Shown in pieces: positions 1 to 13,588 of a stretch of 64,000 bases of DNA (the first letter of the stretch is position 1; every line of letters starts with the position of its first letter). The stretch lies in assembly GCA_951406725.2 (NCBI GenBank), contig OX597816.1, positions 68,448,001 to 68,512,000 on the forward strand, written 5' to 3'. The notes under the pieces were generated by a model. The model saw only the letters and a list, made by a program, of their open reading frames with translations, had not been told where the DNA came from and ran no database searches. The position numbers and the translations under genes are program-made. Origin of the DNA: Octopus vulgaris (Eukaryota).

Positions 1-326
1 AAGAAACTACCAAGATTTTAATGTATAAATGATGTTAGCTATTACCGAAACCAATTTGAGAGAGAAAATAGATATGCACCCGTGAATATGATTTGAAGCA
101 CGTATATAAAGTAAAGTAGACAACTAATAAATATTCATTTCTGAGATAAATGTAAGGCCTCACATTCGTCGGAGAAGGGCGTAACCTCAACACTGACACC
201 CACGCATTTACTACTTCTGTAGTAAATACGACCGCAGAATCATAAAATTTCGGAGCTTGGGTAAATTGAATTTAGAACGTGAAGGGCAAAAAACAATGCC
301 TCTGTGTGTGTGTATGTAAGTAGGTT

Positions 327-402
<76 letters not shown>

Positions 403-450
403 CATATATATATATATACATACACACACATATATGTATATATATATGTG
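327..450. repeat. Compound (TA)n/(TG)n microsatellite
   Basis: Seen directly in the sequence. Confidence 0.95.
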
Positions 451-645
451 CATGTATGTAGAGTTTTTTTGAAGTGAAGTACAGATATATTGTATATCGA
501 AAATAATAAGGTAGTCAGAATGTTGGATGATTATAATATATATTCTTATTTGCATTTTCAGCGCTTTCTTCCGTTATCGGATTTATCAAAAAAAGTAGTT
601 TATAGTAAGTGTGCTTGGCCTTTTCAAATAGAATTGAAAGTGATG

Positions 646-780
<135 letters not shown>

Positions 781-1069
781 TCAGGGAGGAACTGGAAAAG
801 ACAGGAACAAATTAGAAAGGAAAGTGCAGGAATGAGAGAAGGGAGAGTGGGAGATAGTGAAGACAGAGAAAAGAAAGTAGGAGTGTCTTGGTGGTGGTGG
901 TGTGTGTGTATGCGTGCGTACAGATGCACGCGCACACACACACAAACACATACACACATACATACGTATTTGTTCTTCCATTACAAGCATATTGTGATTC
1001 AATGTGATGAACATTTTTTTTTAAGTAACGCAACTACGCGTACCACCAGCAACATTATTCATTTCTACT

Positions 1070-1210
1070 CTAAGCACAAGGCCCGAAGTTTTGGGGGAGG
1101 GGATAATCGATTAGATTGACCTCAGTACGCAACTAGTACTTAATATATATACCCAGAAAGGATGAAAGGCAAAGTTCACCTCGGTGGAATCTGAACTCAG
1201 AATGTAAACA
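1070..1210 (-). mobile_element. SINE family A fragment (diverged)
   Basis: Matches the GAAAGGATGAAAGGCAAAGTCGACCTCGGCGGAATTTGAACTCAG block of the full copies at 13589-13992 and 24451-25084. Confidence 0.75.
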
Positions 1211-2184
1211 GCCAGCAACATTATTAACGTACGACATTATCTCGAAAATCTGGTTAATTTTGATCTCCTATGGCGTTAATTATTTGGTCAATATACTAGT
1301 GACGTTTTTGACAATATTTCAACCAGTATTTCCGAGTGGTATCCAACGCCACAACTTTTCATTTGAATATTTCTGTATCGATCATGTGTGTTTTTTTCTT
1401 TAAAAATTTGTAATCTTGACATTTAATAATGAATGTTGTTGAAGAACGGAAATAGTCGATAATGAAACTATTTTGAATCTGGATTATTCTTTCGATATAG
1501 TTCTATAACTAAGGTTGATGACAGCAAATCGATGGGACACGTGTTAACCGATAGTACCGAAATGCTTAATGATTGCTTTTGAATCATAAAAATAATGATA
1601 CTTAATTCACAAAAATACTCCGATATTATATAAAAAAAGAAACATTGAAAGAACCACACGTAATTATAATTATTCTCAATTTTCAATTATCACAATGTTC
1701 AATGTAAAACTGCAAGTTCTGGACTACTAACTCACTTTCCCTTGTTTTTCTGTCAGGGCAGTGTGATAAGATCTCATAATTCCACTCATTTTCATTTTAC
1801 TTTTGATATTTTATCTTTTGTTTGATAGCCTCCTACTTCGAAATTCTTTCTGAGAACGATGGGCGAAAACACCCAACTTATTACCAGAGTTTGTTTGTCT
1901 GTCTGGCTTTCTATCTCTCTGTCTCTCCCTTCTATGTATCTATTCATCTAACTAATTAACCAAATAATATGTTGGCATAAGCATGAGTGGTTCAATTTTA
2001 GTTATTCTGAGAGCCATGTTATAACTAATAGGGCATATAAACTGAACAGATAATCACAGCTAAGACTTCGGGGGAATCAAAGAAATCGGAAGATTAGAAT
2101 ACAAATATACCATGCCACAAAACGGGGAAATGTTTAAAACGATTTGACTTGTGAGGAACGAACCTTCAGTTGGTAAGTTAGACA

Positions 2185-2975
2185 CCTTTGCTGGTTATGC
2201 AGACGATACAAGAATCAGAGAATACACAACCCTGGAGATGTTGTACACATGCAACAGTAGTTAAATGCAATGTACTAGTGGGCTGAGGTCACTAACATGC
2301 AGTTTAAAGGTACAGGTACACAAAGCTGGATGAACTGCTGACAGGATACACCAGCTCAAGGGAGATTGCAATCGTTGAAGGAAAACCAGTGCGTGACCTG
2401 GGCATTGATATGAGTAATGATGCATCTTTCCAGGTGCATATTACTAAGTCGGCAATAAAATGCAGACGGCTGGCAAGATGGATCTTTAGAACTTTCAGAC
2501 CGAGAGAACAGGAAGTCATGATTGTCCTCTAGAGGACATGTGTCTTCAACCGCTTAGACTACTGGTCCCAACTATAGATATTACACAATGTAAAATTAAC
2601 GGCGGAACTCAAAGCAATCTAGCCAAACTGCACAAAGAAGATCGCCTCAATGCGATAAACCAGCTCCTTAAAATGGCTGAAGAAGGCTCCTACAGGAGAA
2701 AGGCGGGAATGATAAGCCATGGTAGACATCAGGAAAATCCTGAAAGTACTTATAAGAAACTTTGGTATTGAAAGTTGCACACACAGAATAACGAGGTGCC
2801 TCTACATTATGCCAAAGATTCCAACATCGTCATCAAAACAGAGGACTAGATGCAGCAACAATTTGGGTTTGGTTTCAAAGGCGCTCAGCATTTTAATACA
2901 TTCTTTAAAAGCCTGAGAGACCTACATGGTGTGGGTTTCAGTGTCTTCAAATCCAAACTGTATTTCAGGCTGAAA
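2185..2975 (+). pseudogene. CR1-group LINE ORF2 relic (RT C-terminal half), with stops and frameshifts
   Basis: Manual translation gives YADDTR at 2196 and VRDLGIDMSNDASFQVHITK...CRRLARWIFRTFRPREQEVMIVL* from 2389. These are typical RT and thumb motifs of CR1-group LINEs. Confidence 0.8.
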
Positions 2976-3118
2976 CTAGTAAAAGCACAGGCACATGTCG
3001 GTGTGATTGTGTGTATTCATGCATGTGTGTGTGTGTATGTGTGTATGTATATAAGTCTATGTGTATTATACTAATAGCAATTGTTTTCTTTGAATTATAT
3101 GTATGTATATATATATGT

Positions 3119-4026
3119 ATGTATATATACATGTAGATGTAGGTACGTACATATATGTATGTATGTATGCATATATTTTGTTTAATACTCTATTGTATGA
3201 CTGAGCGCCCTCGCGTTGATTCGATTCGATTCGATTCGTTTCGTTTCGTTCCTTCTTCTCTAAGCAAGCTTTTATATATAATTATGACGCGAAACTCTAT
3301 AACTCTTTCTTCTCTCTTTCTTTCACCCTCTTTGGCTTCCTTCCTCTCTACCTCTCTCTCGCTCCCACTCCTCCTCATCTCTCTCACAGCCGGGTCGACG
3401 AACTTCCTTTCGCTGGCGGCCTCCTTCAAGTAAACATGTTTCTTCCTGCGCTCGTGAATTTTTCCTCGTCTAGGCTTATAGGCCCTCATTGTTTGTTTTC
3501 CTGTCCTGTTTATATTCCTTCTTGTACTGTATTTTTTTGTAATTGTATTTTTATTTTGTAATTGTTTTTAATTTTTTACGTCCTGTTTTTGTCACTATTT
3601 TTTTTCCCTTGTTTTACCCCTCTGCAAAGGAATTTTATTTAATTCTTTCGCTGGAAGGACTAGTTCGACGAGTCGTGTTCTGTCCTCACCTTCGAAACAC
3701 GCTGGAGTTGAACTAGGGACAGCTGATGAAGGAGATTTTTCCTTGTGTGTTTGTCTTGTACTCTGTTTTTTCGTTGTTAAAAAAAAGGTCCGTTCCATGC
3801 TTGTTTTTACGTTTTCGTTTCCCATTGAGTTCTACGTCTATTTGTGGTGTCCTGTACTCACGTATATATATTTATATATGCATGTATATATACATGTAGA
3901 TGTAGGTACGTACATATATGTATGTATGCATATATTTTATTTATTACACTATTATATGACTGAGCGCCCTCGCGTCGATTCAATTCGATTCGTTTCGTTT
4001 CGTTTCGTTCCTTCTTCTCTAAGCAA

Positions 4027-4027
<1 letters not shown>
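3119..4027 (+). mobile_element. Non-coding repeat with ~150-bp terminal direct repeats (partial-tandem, Penelope-like architecture), ending in (TA)n
   Basis: 3119-3268 is repeated at 3882-4027 (period ~760 bp) and followed by a long (TA)n at 4028-4125. The Penelope assignment is inference. Confidence 0.6.
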
Positions 4028-4120
<93 letters not shown>

Positions 4121-4170
4121 TATATGTGTGTGTGTGTGTGTGCGTATGCGTGTGTCTTGTGCATATGATT

Positions 4171-4366
4171 GTGTATCTGTGTTTGTACTCCCCAATATCG
4201 CCTGACAGCCAATGCTGGTATGTTTCTGTTCCCGTAACTTAGCGGTTCTGCAAAAGAGTCAGAAAAAATAGTACTAGGCTTACAAAGAATAAGTCTCGGG
4301 GTCGATTGGCTCGACAAAAGGCGGTGCCTCAGTATGGCCGCAGTCAAATGACTGAAACAAGTAAAA

Positions 4367-4368
<2 letters not shown>
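4171..4368 (+). mobile_element. SINE family B, 3' half
   Basis: Matches the 3' half of the full copy at 5652-6060 (...GGCCGCAGTCAAATGACTGAAACAAGTAAAAG). Confidence 0.85.
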
Positions 4369-4408
<40 letters not shown>

Positions 4409-4919
4409 GTATATATCAGACACCGGAAGGTTAAAATTCCTTCCTTATTATATACTATGCCCTACCCATACCGAGATAATCATGTACCTCTTACCACCAG
4501 ATCCAAGTATACACTCAGATATTGGAAGTCACACACACTCACACACAAACACACATACACATTTACAATTACTTAATACCAAGTGAGAATATGCTTGATT
4601 AAATGTAGCATCTATTTCTATGGTTTCTTCATAATTTAAAACAGAAAATATGTTTTGTTTTTTTTATTCACTGGGCTCTAATTGATAATGAGTAATTAAC
4701 CTCAGTGATTAAATTTTCCTTATAATTGATAATGTTTAAATGCCAATCTCATATTTTTACTAACAATTAGGAGGGATACTTCTTGAAGGATTTTATAGTT
4801 TTTTTTAATTGTTAATATAATTAAGAAAATATTGTTGTATTAAGCAAATATTTGCATTATGTTTATACATTAACAATATTGATTTGATTTTGGGTAAATG
4901 CGATAAATAAATAAACCAA

Positions 4920-4958
<39 letters not shown>

Positions 4959-5084
4959 GCCAACAAATAAATAAATTAATTAATCATGCCAATTTTCCAA
5001 TTGAATCGTTGCGAGCTGAGTTTTCATCATTGTTGATTCTGTCAACTGCCGAGAAAGGCTTTGTCAATTCGCTAAGATCGCTAA

Positions 5085-5222
5085 AAACAATAAATGCGCC
5101 CTTTTAAAGCCTAGCCAGGCTCGTGGGCCTAGTTTCCCGGTTTCAGTGGCGTGTGTGTTTCCCAGCTGGACGGGACGCCAGTCCATCGCAGCGTTACTCA
5201 TTTTTGCCAGCTGAGTGGACGG
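5085..5222 (-). mobile_element. SINE fragment: end of family D core joined to tail type 1
   Basis: Reverse complement reads GTCCACTCAGCTGG (D core, as at 62627) followed by CGCTGCGATGGACTGGCGTCCCGTCCAGCTGGG (tail of the copy at 26123). Confidence 0.7.
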
Positions 5223-5651
5223 GAAGACACTTAAATATTTAGATCACATAACAAAAAATGAAAATAAAAACAGTATTTCTCTTGCCTTCTGTCCTCTGCA
5301 GTTGTGCTGGTAAGCCGTGTGGCAAGCCAGATGTCAAATATTCGGAAGTTTCAGAGAATGACTGTAAACCACCAAACACGTTGTAAGTTTAACGGGTGAT
5401 GGTATTATCCATTTTACTGTAAGGATCGGAGGTGTGAAATTTATACTACAAAGAAGCAGAAAAATATCTCGCTTTCATTATGAAAATAAATGAGAAGCTT
5501 CATGATCATGAACTGGGAAAATAAAATCATCCTCGACATATCTAAGCTCCCTAACATGTATGAAAATTTCCGCTTTCCTGGGTATGGTCGAAAGATTGAG
5601 AAGATAGATACTCTATACACAGACAAAAGCACAAAAAGCACAAAAAAGATA

Positions 5652-6060
5652 GGTGTAGGAGCGGCTGTGCGGTAAGTAGCTTGCTTACCAACCACATGGT
5701 TCCGAGTTCAGCCCCACTGCGTGGTACCTTGGGCAAGTGTCTTCTACTATAGCCTCAGGCCGACCAAAGCCTTGGGAGTGGATTTAGTAGATGGAAACTG
5801 AAAGAAGCCCGTCGTATATATGTATATGTATATATATGTATGTATGTGTGTGTATATGTTTGTGCGTCCGTGTTTGTCCCCCTGACATCGCTTGACAACC
5901 GATGCTGGTGTGTTTACGTCCCCATAACCTAGCGGTTTGGCAAAAGAGACCGATAGAATAAGTACTAGGCTTAGAAAGAATAAGTCCTTGGGGTCGATTT
6001 GCTCGACTAAAGGCGGTGTTCCAGCATGGCTGCAGTCAAATAACTGAAACAAGTAAAAGA
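5652..6060 (+). mobile_element. tRNA-derived SINE family B, full length, with internal microsatellite
   Basis: A-box-like GGCTGTGCGG and B-box-like GAGTTCAGCCC, then CCTTGGGCAAGTGTCTT (CORE-like), an internal (TA/TG)n, and a conserved tail. More than 10 copies occur in the window. Confidence 0.9.
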
Positions 6061-6211
6061 AAAAATTTAGTGACTGAAGCATAGGGATTCAACACAACAC
6101 TGAAAATATTATTTTGAGAATATATGGAGAAATCGTGAGGAAGTATTCTGCATAGACGGCTGGTCTGTGTGACAATGGGATAGTTGGGGCAACTAACATA
6201 GACAGACACTC

Positions 6212-6356
6212 AGATCGACCCCACAACGCAACTGGCACTTAATTTATCGATCCCGAAAGGATGAAAGGCGAAGTCGACCTCAGCGGAATTTGAACTCAGA
6301 GCCTGAAGACAGGCGAAATATCGCTAAACATTTCACCCGGCGTACTGACGTTTCTG
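6212..6356 (-). mobile_element. SINE family A fragment
   Basis: Aligns by eye to the family A head and core. Confidence 0.8.
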
Positions 6357-6899
6357 TGTAATCAAACTACGCATTGTGCTTGACATGTAGAGTTAAATAA
6401 TGAGTGGAAAGTGAGATTCCATTGAAATCAGATCATCAAAGTGTTCTAATACAATGAATGCTGTAAATAACAGATATAGAAATGGCTAGTGTACCTAGGG
6501 CGGATGCAATGAACAAATACAGCGTTTCGCAAAAGAATCAGGCAAACCAACAAACAACGAGGAAAAATGTAAATCAGAGTTGAAAAACAGCTTTGTGTGA
6601 TACACAGTAAATATTACATCTTCAGATTACAATATCAACAAGACCGACTTTTATATTCGAATATGAATATATGAATACGTAATGAGCATTGAGATATATA
6701 TGCTCATTGTGTATTCAAATATCACAGATGGGTAGTTAAGGAGGTGTTCGTGCATATGTATATGTATATATAGGCCTATATATATTCATGGCTATATACG
6801 TACAGGCATATATATATATATGTATATGCTTATATATATGTAGATATGTGTGTGTACGTGTGCGTACATCTATATCTATATACCTATATATATATATAA

Positions 6900-6908
6900 A
6901 TCTCTATC

Positions 6909-6997
<89 letters not shown>

Positions 6998-7034
6998 GCA
7001 TCTATGTATCTATGTATCTATGTATCTATCTATG

Positions 7035-7070
<36 letters not shown>

Positions 7071-7180
7071 ATCTATCTATCTATCATCTATCTATCTATG
7101 CATCTATGCATCTATGTATCTATCTATTATCTATTTATCTATCTATCTACCTATCTATCTATCTCTATATATATCTATGC
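6900..7180. repeat. (TCTA)n tetranucleotide microsatellite
   Basis: Seen directly in the sequence. Confidence 0.95.
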
Positions 7181-7611
7181 AAACTTTGAATGTGTGCGTG
7201 AGCGTGTGTACATGTGCATCTATGTGTTTGTGTGTCTGGAAGAGAGAGAGAGACAGAGAGTGAGAGGGAGGCAGAAAGAAATAACAGACAGATAAATGGA
7301 AAGGTAGATAGATTGCTTGACTGATAGAGAGTAGGTAGGCCAAGTGTAATGGAGATACAAATGACAGAAATACCGACAGAAACGAGCAGATGAGTAGATG
7401 ATTATAGACACAAAGATAATAGAATAGAATAAAAGCAACCTAAAGTGATAAATGTAAACACAGACACTCACAAAACACGGGCGCACATGCACAGGTACAC
7501 ACACAAACTAACACGCACATACATAAACACAGACATATAGGGCGTGCACTATACACTTACAATATGGCTATCGGGTTTCGTCTAATTATATCAGCTCATA
7601 GGGTATAGGTT

Positions 7612-7895
7612 TGTGGTATGCAAAGTAGGTGGTGCTGTCCCCTTAGGGGCAGTGGAACGATCCAGGGGGCGTTGAAGAAAAGTGGGAAGATGACGCGGTG
7701 TTCGAAAGGGGGCAATGGATGTAAAAAAAAATCCCCACATAACGGGTTAATAAGGTTAAGTATTATTTGTAAAATAAAGTTGTTTTGAAATTTGCTGCTG
7801 AAAGTGGTCTACATTTCTGGTGGTGGTACTACGCCACTAGGAACGTGGCCTGGGCGTCAAAGGGGCGTCACCCTGAAAAAGCTTTGGAAACACTG
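7612..7895. mobile_element. hAT-type MITE (diverged)
   Basis: 3' end TTTGGAAACACTG resembles the CAGTGTTTCCCAAA-type TIR. The 5' end is degenerate (GTGGTATGCAAAG) and the subterminal regions are GC-rich. Confidence 0.5.
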
Positions 7896-7999
7896 GTAAA
7901 GGCAAACTGTGAAGGGAGTTGCTCAATACATTGACGCTTAATGGAAACGAAAGCGCGTGGCTATGGGACGTATTTCTTCAGTACACGCCGACTCTCGCC

Positions 8000-8205
8000 T
8001 ACGAGGGGCAGGGTGGTGAAAAGTTCCTGGCTTTAGGCAAGAGGCCCAAACATCCAAGTTCTTTTACAGGGCTTAGAAAAACTGAAGAACCGTTGCAATA
8101 AGTGCGTGAATCTTAGATGGAAATATGATGAATAAAATCATAATTTACTGATCTTCCTGTATTTCTTCTTACCCAAAGCCAGGAACTATACAACAACCGT
8201 TCGTA
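8000..8205 (+). mobile_element. Internally deleted mariner element
   Basis: TA-flanked imperfect TIRs (CGAGGGG...AAAAGTTCCTGGCTTT / AAAGCCAGGAACT...TCG). Residual transposase C-terminus LKNRCNKCVNLRWKYDE*. Confidence 0.75.
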
Positions 8206-8301
8206 AAGTATATTACTTGGCGAGCGAGTATGTATGTGTGTGTGCCGCAGATATCCATCCATCCAGCCAGCCAGCCAGTCAGACACGCACACGCACGCAA
8301 A

Positions 8302-8430
8302 TGTATGTATGTATGTATGTATGTATGTATGTATGTATGTATGTATGTATGTATGTATGTATGTATGTATGCATGTATGTATGTATGTATATATGTATGT
8401 ATGTATGTATGTATGTACGTACGTATGCAT
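8302..8430. repeat. (TGTA)n microsatellite
   Basis: Seen directly in the sequence. Confidence 0.95.
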
Positions 8431-8523
8431 GCATGTATGGATGTATCTATCTATATAGGTGTTATTAATAATAAAAAAGAGTATGATAACTTGTACAACC
8501 ACAAAATTTCTTTCATAGTTTAT

Positions 8524-8720
8524 ATGATAGATCGCTAGCCACTATACATTCTTTATTTTCTCTTCTTTATTTTCTCTCCTTGTTTCTTTCTGTGTTCCTT
8601 TCTGTGGAAGAGCCTAGGTTCGAATCGTTAAAGACTTTTTCACTTCCCGAGCGTTATACTAATACATTTGTTTGTTGTCTACACCACCTGTCTTCGTCTT
8701 TTGATTTTTTTTGGTGAATA
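8524..8720 (+). mobile_element. ~190-bp dispersed repeat with a variant hammerhead-like motif (second copy at 58357-58545)
   Basis: Both copies start ATGATAGATCG(C/T)TAGCCACTA and share CGAGCGTTATACTAATA / TGAGCGTTATACTAATA and ACCACCTGTCTTCGTCTTTTG. Confidence 0.75.
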
Positions 8721-10089
8721 TATATATACGCACCTCAGTATACAATATAAGTGTATACATGAATATATGCATATATATATGCAGACGCATATATATATGC
8801 AGACGCATATATACACACATGCAGATATACATATGCATATGTGTCTGTGTAGAAATATACATCCATACCTATATGAATATATACATATCATTTACTGACA
8901 TGATTTGTTTTGTCGTTATGTCGACATTATCCACAATCACGCCACTAGAGCTTAACTTACAAAGCTAAAAAACCGTATGAATACATACATACATGTATAT
9001 AAACATATATATATTTATTTACATATATATATATATATATATATATTTGTATATGTGTATATATATATATATAAGTATGTATGTATACACAAAATGGACA
9101 ATCTTCATGGAAAATTATTAAGAATAATTATGAAAAAAAAAAGACAAATCAAAGCAAAACATAAAAGTATAATTCTTAAGCAACAACAACAATAATAAAA
9201 GAAAAGAAAAAGGAAAATGATAAAAAGAAAACAATACGAATTACTAATATCTAAATAAAGAAATGAAAAATGAATGAATGATGAAATAACAAATCAGTTA
9301 TTCATACATATACACATGTAAATAATACAAATACATGTGTATTAACATCTACGTACATATGTAATTGAATATGTATGTAAATATATAGCTATATATGTAT
9401 GTGAGTGTGTGTGTTCATGTGTGTATGTATTCTTATATTAAGACTTATCGCGATGGCGTCAGAATATAAATCTCTACATTTTGGTCGTATATTTGGTACT
9501 AAATTTGAAAGACGTCTGTTTCGATTGAACCACACACATCCAAGTCATGAACCACCTACATCCAATTCATAGTCTGTTTAACTATATATAATATATAATT
9601 TATACTACATACACATATATACGTGTACATATGTGTATATTTATCTATGTGTGCATGTTTACGTAAGCGTGCACGTTCTTCCATATATATATATATATAT
9701 ATATGTTATCTACTCATTTGTGATACACACATGCACATATGTGTGTCCAAGCGTGCCTTTCTGTGTGTGTATGTGTGTAAATTACGAGTGATGTTTTGGC
9801 CCGACAATCATTGCTTTTGAACATCATCCTTGTCGTCGGTTTCTTTTACTTTTCTTGTTTCTCAGTCTTATTTGTCATGTCGGTATTTCTGGTCGTTAAA
9901 AAATCCAATACTTGCGTGGAACATACAACATACAAATTGTACTTGATAGATGGCGGTTGATGTGGCGGAGATGGCGTATTTTTCGTCTTTGTCGTTTGTT
10001 CTTCTAGTTTCAGCGATGTTCTTTTTCGGCATTTTTGCAGCTGTTTAGATAGTTCGACGCCGGAGTTAGAGATTTACACTTTGTTCTTC

Positions 10090-11095
10090 CTAGATATCAA
10101 ATTCATGATCATCTTCTTCAAAATCTTTCCCTGGTACTTATCTGAAAATTGCGAAATCTTTTCTATCTACATAGAAAACAGATTATAGTATCTGTGTCGA
10201 CCATACTTTCCATCACTGATAAAATTTTGGCTAGAATCCTGCTCCAATGTTTGCATGGCGTCTTTCAGAAGATTCTGAGTCATAATGTGGACTTCGAGGC
10301 TTCAGAGGAATAAGCTACGTGATATTCTGTACGAGATAGCTACAGGGAAAGTTTAGGGAAAACCCAAACCTCTTCCAGTGTTCTACACCATAAAAAAAAC
10401 CCACCCTCCTAACCGCCATGCGAAGGCTCCTAAAATTGTTAGACTACTCTCACTAATTTGAATTACTGGAACAACATCTCTGCAATAGCAGGGTTAGAGA
10501 AATAACTCACAAGAAAAACAAATTGCTAAATATCTAATCATTCATGTGATGAAACAAAATCGTTTACTTGCTCCAGTATATTTTTCCCCTCTACTGCAGT
10601 AGATATTAAGCATTAGTTCGATGAAGGACACTTGATTCTGGCGAAACTCCACTCACACACATTTATCAATGGTACACAGATAACATGAATTGAGTATGCA
10701 GACCAAGTGCCTCATCATCTCAAGCACATTAAGAAATGCGATGTGAAGAAATGTGTTTCCTAAGGTTTAACCATCAACATGTAGAAAGCAATAACGGTTA
10801 CACACTTTGATTCAAGGAAGATCCTTCCAGATTTCAATATCACCACATCAAACACATTTTTGCAGAGGACAGATAATTCCTCTACATTTGAGTCTCCGTT
10901 CGATGCAATGCATCTCTGGAAAGGATGTGGAACAACCAGAATCATCCTGGTCATATTGTTTCTCGAAGACTTTCCCACAGTGTCTTCACAAACAAATCTC
11001 ATGTTGTCAATCTTCCGACGATGTTGTACAACGGATGTGAGGCAGTAGCCTTTAACTGTAAAGACATCAAGAAAGTAGAGCGCATCCAACAATCA
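10090..11095 (+). pseudogene. RTE-clade LINE ORF2 relic (fragmented)
   Basis: Translations ILSITDKILARILLQCL...ES*CGLR (10203-10297), GLTINM*KA (~10764) and VVNLPTMLYNGCEA...DIKKVERIQQ (~11003-11093) match RTE RT motifs (KILARILLNRL, ESQCGFR, LPTLLYGCE). Confidence 0.7.
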
Positions 11096-11799
11096 ATAAT
11101 AAAGATAAGGACTATGGCACCAATATTGTTGTCACCAAGGAATCTAAAGACAAAGGTATTGAAACAGCAACACAAAACATCGGCTCAGGTGTTTTTCAGT
11201 AGATACAGTGTTTTAGTAGATACGGTTATATACAATTATGTTTATCTCAATAATTGCACTCGGCTGTGTTTCTTTGTGTGTAGGAATGAGTACGAATGCA
11301 TATCAACGTAAGATTATATGTATATATATATATATGTGAACTATGTATTTGTACATGCGTGTGTGTGTGGATATGAAAAATTAGAAGTTGAAAATGCACA
11401 AAGAATAGTTCAGATATTTTTTATTATATTTAAAGATATAAACGGTTTCACAGTTTATATCTAGTTTTCAAAAAGTTGAAATAAAATGCCGTTGTTTATG
11501 TCGCAGCCGTTTTCTTTCAGACTAGTATTTGACGCATGCTCTATTTTTATAGGCAGTTCTTGGCTCAGATTAATATGTTTGGAACAGGATTTGATTAATA
11601 GGGGATAGTCACATGACGTCCGTGTTAGTATCAAGTAACAATCTTTGGCATCGTAAGTTGAGAGCGATACGGTTGACTGGGAATGTGTAGTGACAGTACC
11701 AAACAATAAATGCTTCCAAATGTTTTCTGTCAAGTGTTTGTAGAGAATGAACACTTGGACCTTTTGTACGTTTCCCGCTACATCGGTGGGACTTATTTT

Positions 11800-12020
11800 T
11801 TAAGCCTAGTAGTTTTATTTTTGTTGGGCGGGGGAGACAAACACAGACACGCGCACATAGATATATACATATATATGTATATGTCTATTCTTCTTTCAGT
11901 TTCCCTCTACCGAACCCACATCACAAGGCTTTGGACGGCCCGAGGCTATAGTAGAAGATACCTCCCTAAGGTGACACGAAGGGATGTGGAACTCGGACCC
12001 ATGTGATTGGGAAGCAAGCA
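11800..12020 (-). mobile_element. SINE family B, degenerate
   Basis: CACAAGGCTTTGGACGGCCCGAGGCTATAGTAGAAGA matches the reverse complement of the B core. Confidence 0.7.
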
Positions 12021-12044
12021 TATAGATATATGTATATGTATGTA

Positions 12045-12330
12045 TGTGGAGGCACCTGGCCTAGTGGTTTGAGCAGCGGACTCGCGGTCAACGGATCGCG
12101 GGTTCGAATCTCAGACTGGGCGATGTGTGTATTTATGAGCGAAACACCTAAGCTCCACGCAACTCTGGCAGAAGGTAATCTTTCGCCACAACTTTCTTTC
12201 ACTCCTTCCTCCTGCATCTTGCAGCTAACCTGCGACGGACCGGCGTCCCCTCCGGGTGGGGAACCTATACGCCAAAGAAACCGGGAAACCGGCCCTATGA
12301 ACCAAGCATGGCTCGAGAAGAAACAAACAA
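12045..12330 (+). mobile_element. tRNA-derived SINE family C with tail type 1
   Basis: A box TGGCCTAGTGG and B box GGTTCGAATCT. The tail ends GGCTCGAGAAGAAACAAACAA. Confidence 0.9.
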
Positions 12331-12975
12331 TAATATGCATGTATATATGAGCACAGAAAGAAGGAAACTCGGGAAGGAAAGGTTTCAACAAATGTTCTCT
12401 TAGTTTAACTAGATATATATATATATGTATATACATACATATATATACATATATACATACACACACACACATATGTATATATATATATATAATATGCATC
12501 CACATACATAAATAAACTCTAGTCACGTCTCATATTATTGACCAGAAATAATAAATAGATATCCAAGAAAAAATATAAAACAAAACTAAATATAAGAGAC
12601 GAAAATTATATCTACATATTTTCTTAAGAAAAGTTATTACGTTAAGATTATTTCTTTTGGTGTATTATGGTTGTCTGTTACAATATTTCATTTTCACACC
12701 GGATAATTAAACTTGTGTAATATATAGACTGGTCGAAAATAGCAAACATGAAAACATGGAAAATCGAAAAAATGTAATAATAATCGAGATAAGTGTAAAT
12801 ATCTCATGTATCCTGCGCCTGTGTTGTTCGAATATGAATAAGATTAGAATGCATAGAGAGAATAATGTTATTTTACTGATAAATAATTCATTCACATGTG
12901 AGAGATAAGTAGCTAATATATATATATACGTATACGTGTGTGTGTATGTATATGTAAATATATATATATATAAAT

Positions 12976-13028
<53 letters not shown>

Positions 13029-13588
13029 CATATATGTATAAGCACATATATATATATATATAAATATGTGTATGTATATATGTATATATATGTTTTGTTA
13101 TCATGAGTGGGGATGGCTGACTGAATGACTGCAAGCATAATTACGTAATATGTTAAACTAGCTATTTTGTTTTTCCAATTATACGCCTACCTCTCACCAT
13201 GCAAATAAACATACACACTCATACACACACGCATGCGCATATGTATATATTAGCTATTAGACATAGAATTGTATTACACAAAAGAGGGGAAGTAATATCA
13301 AGAACATGGAAATTATAAGGTTTACGCGAAGAAAATATTTATCAATTCGAGTTTCACGCTACTGCGATCAACAGGTGGGGAGATATTCTGCAAGTAACGT
13401 GTCTGCAACTACGTAGAGTTGCACAACATTTAGTTTTAAATAAGTTACAGAACACACACACACAGCGACAAACATACACACACAAAAAAAGAACACACAC
13501 GCATGCATACGTTCGCAAGTAGAATGAAGAGGATGAAAGCTGGACTGCCGTATTACATTTACCATACATCCAACGATCCTCTATATTG

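Noticed and set aside
12045-12120. tRNA genes suggested by A and B boxes (also at 36264, 48614, 50806 and others)
   Set aside because: No closed acceptor stem or terminator. Each continues into a SINE body, so they are SINE heads.
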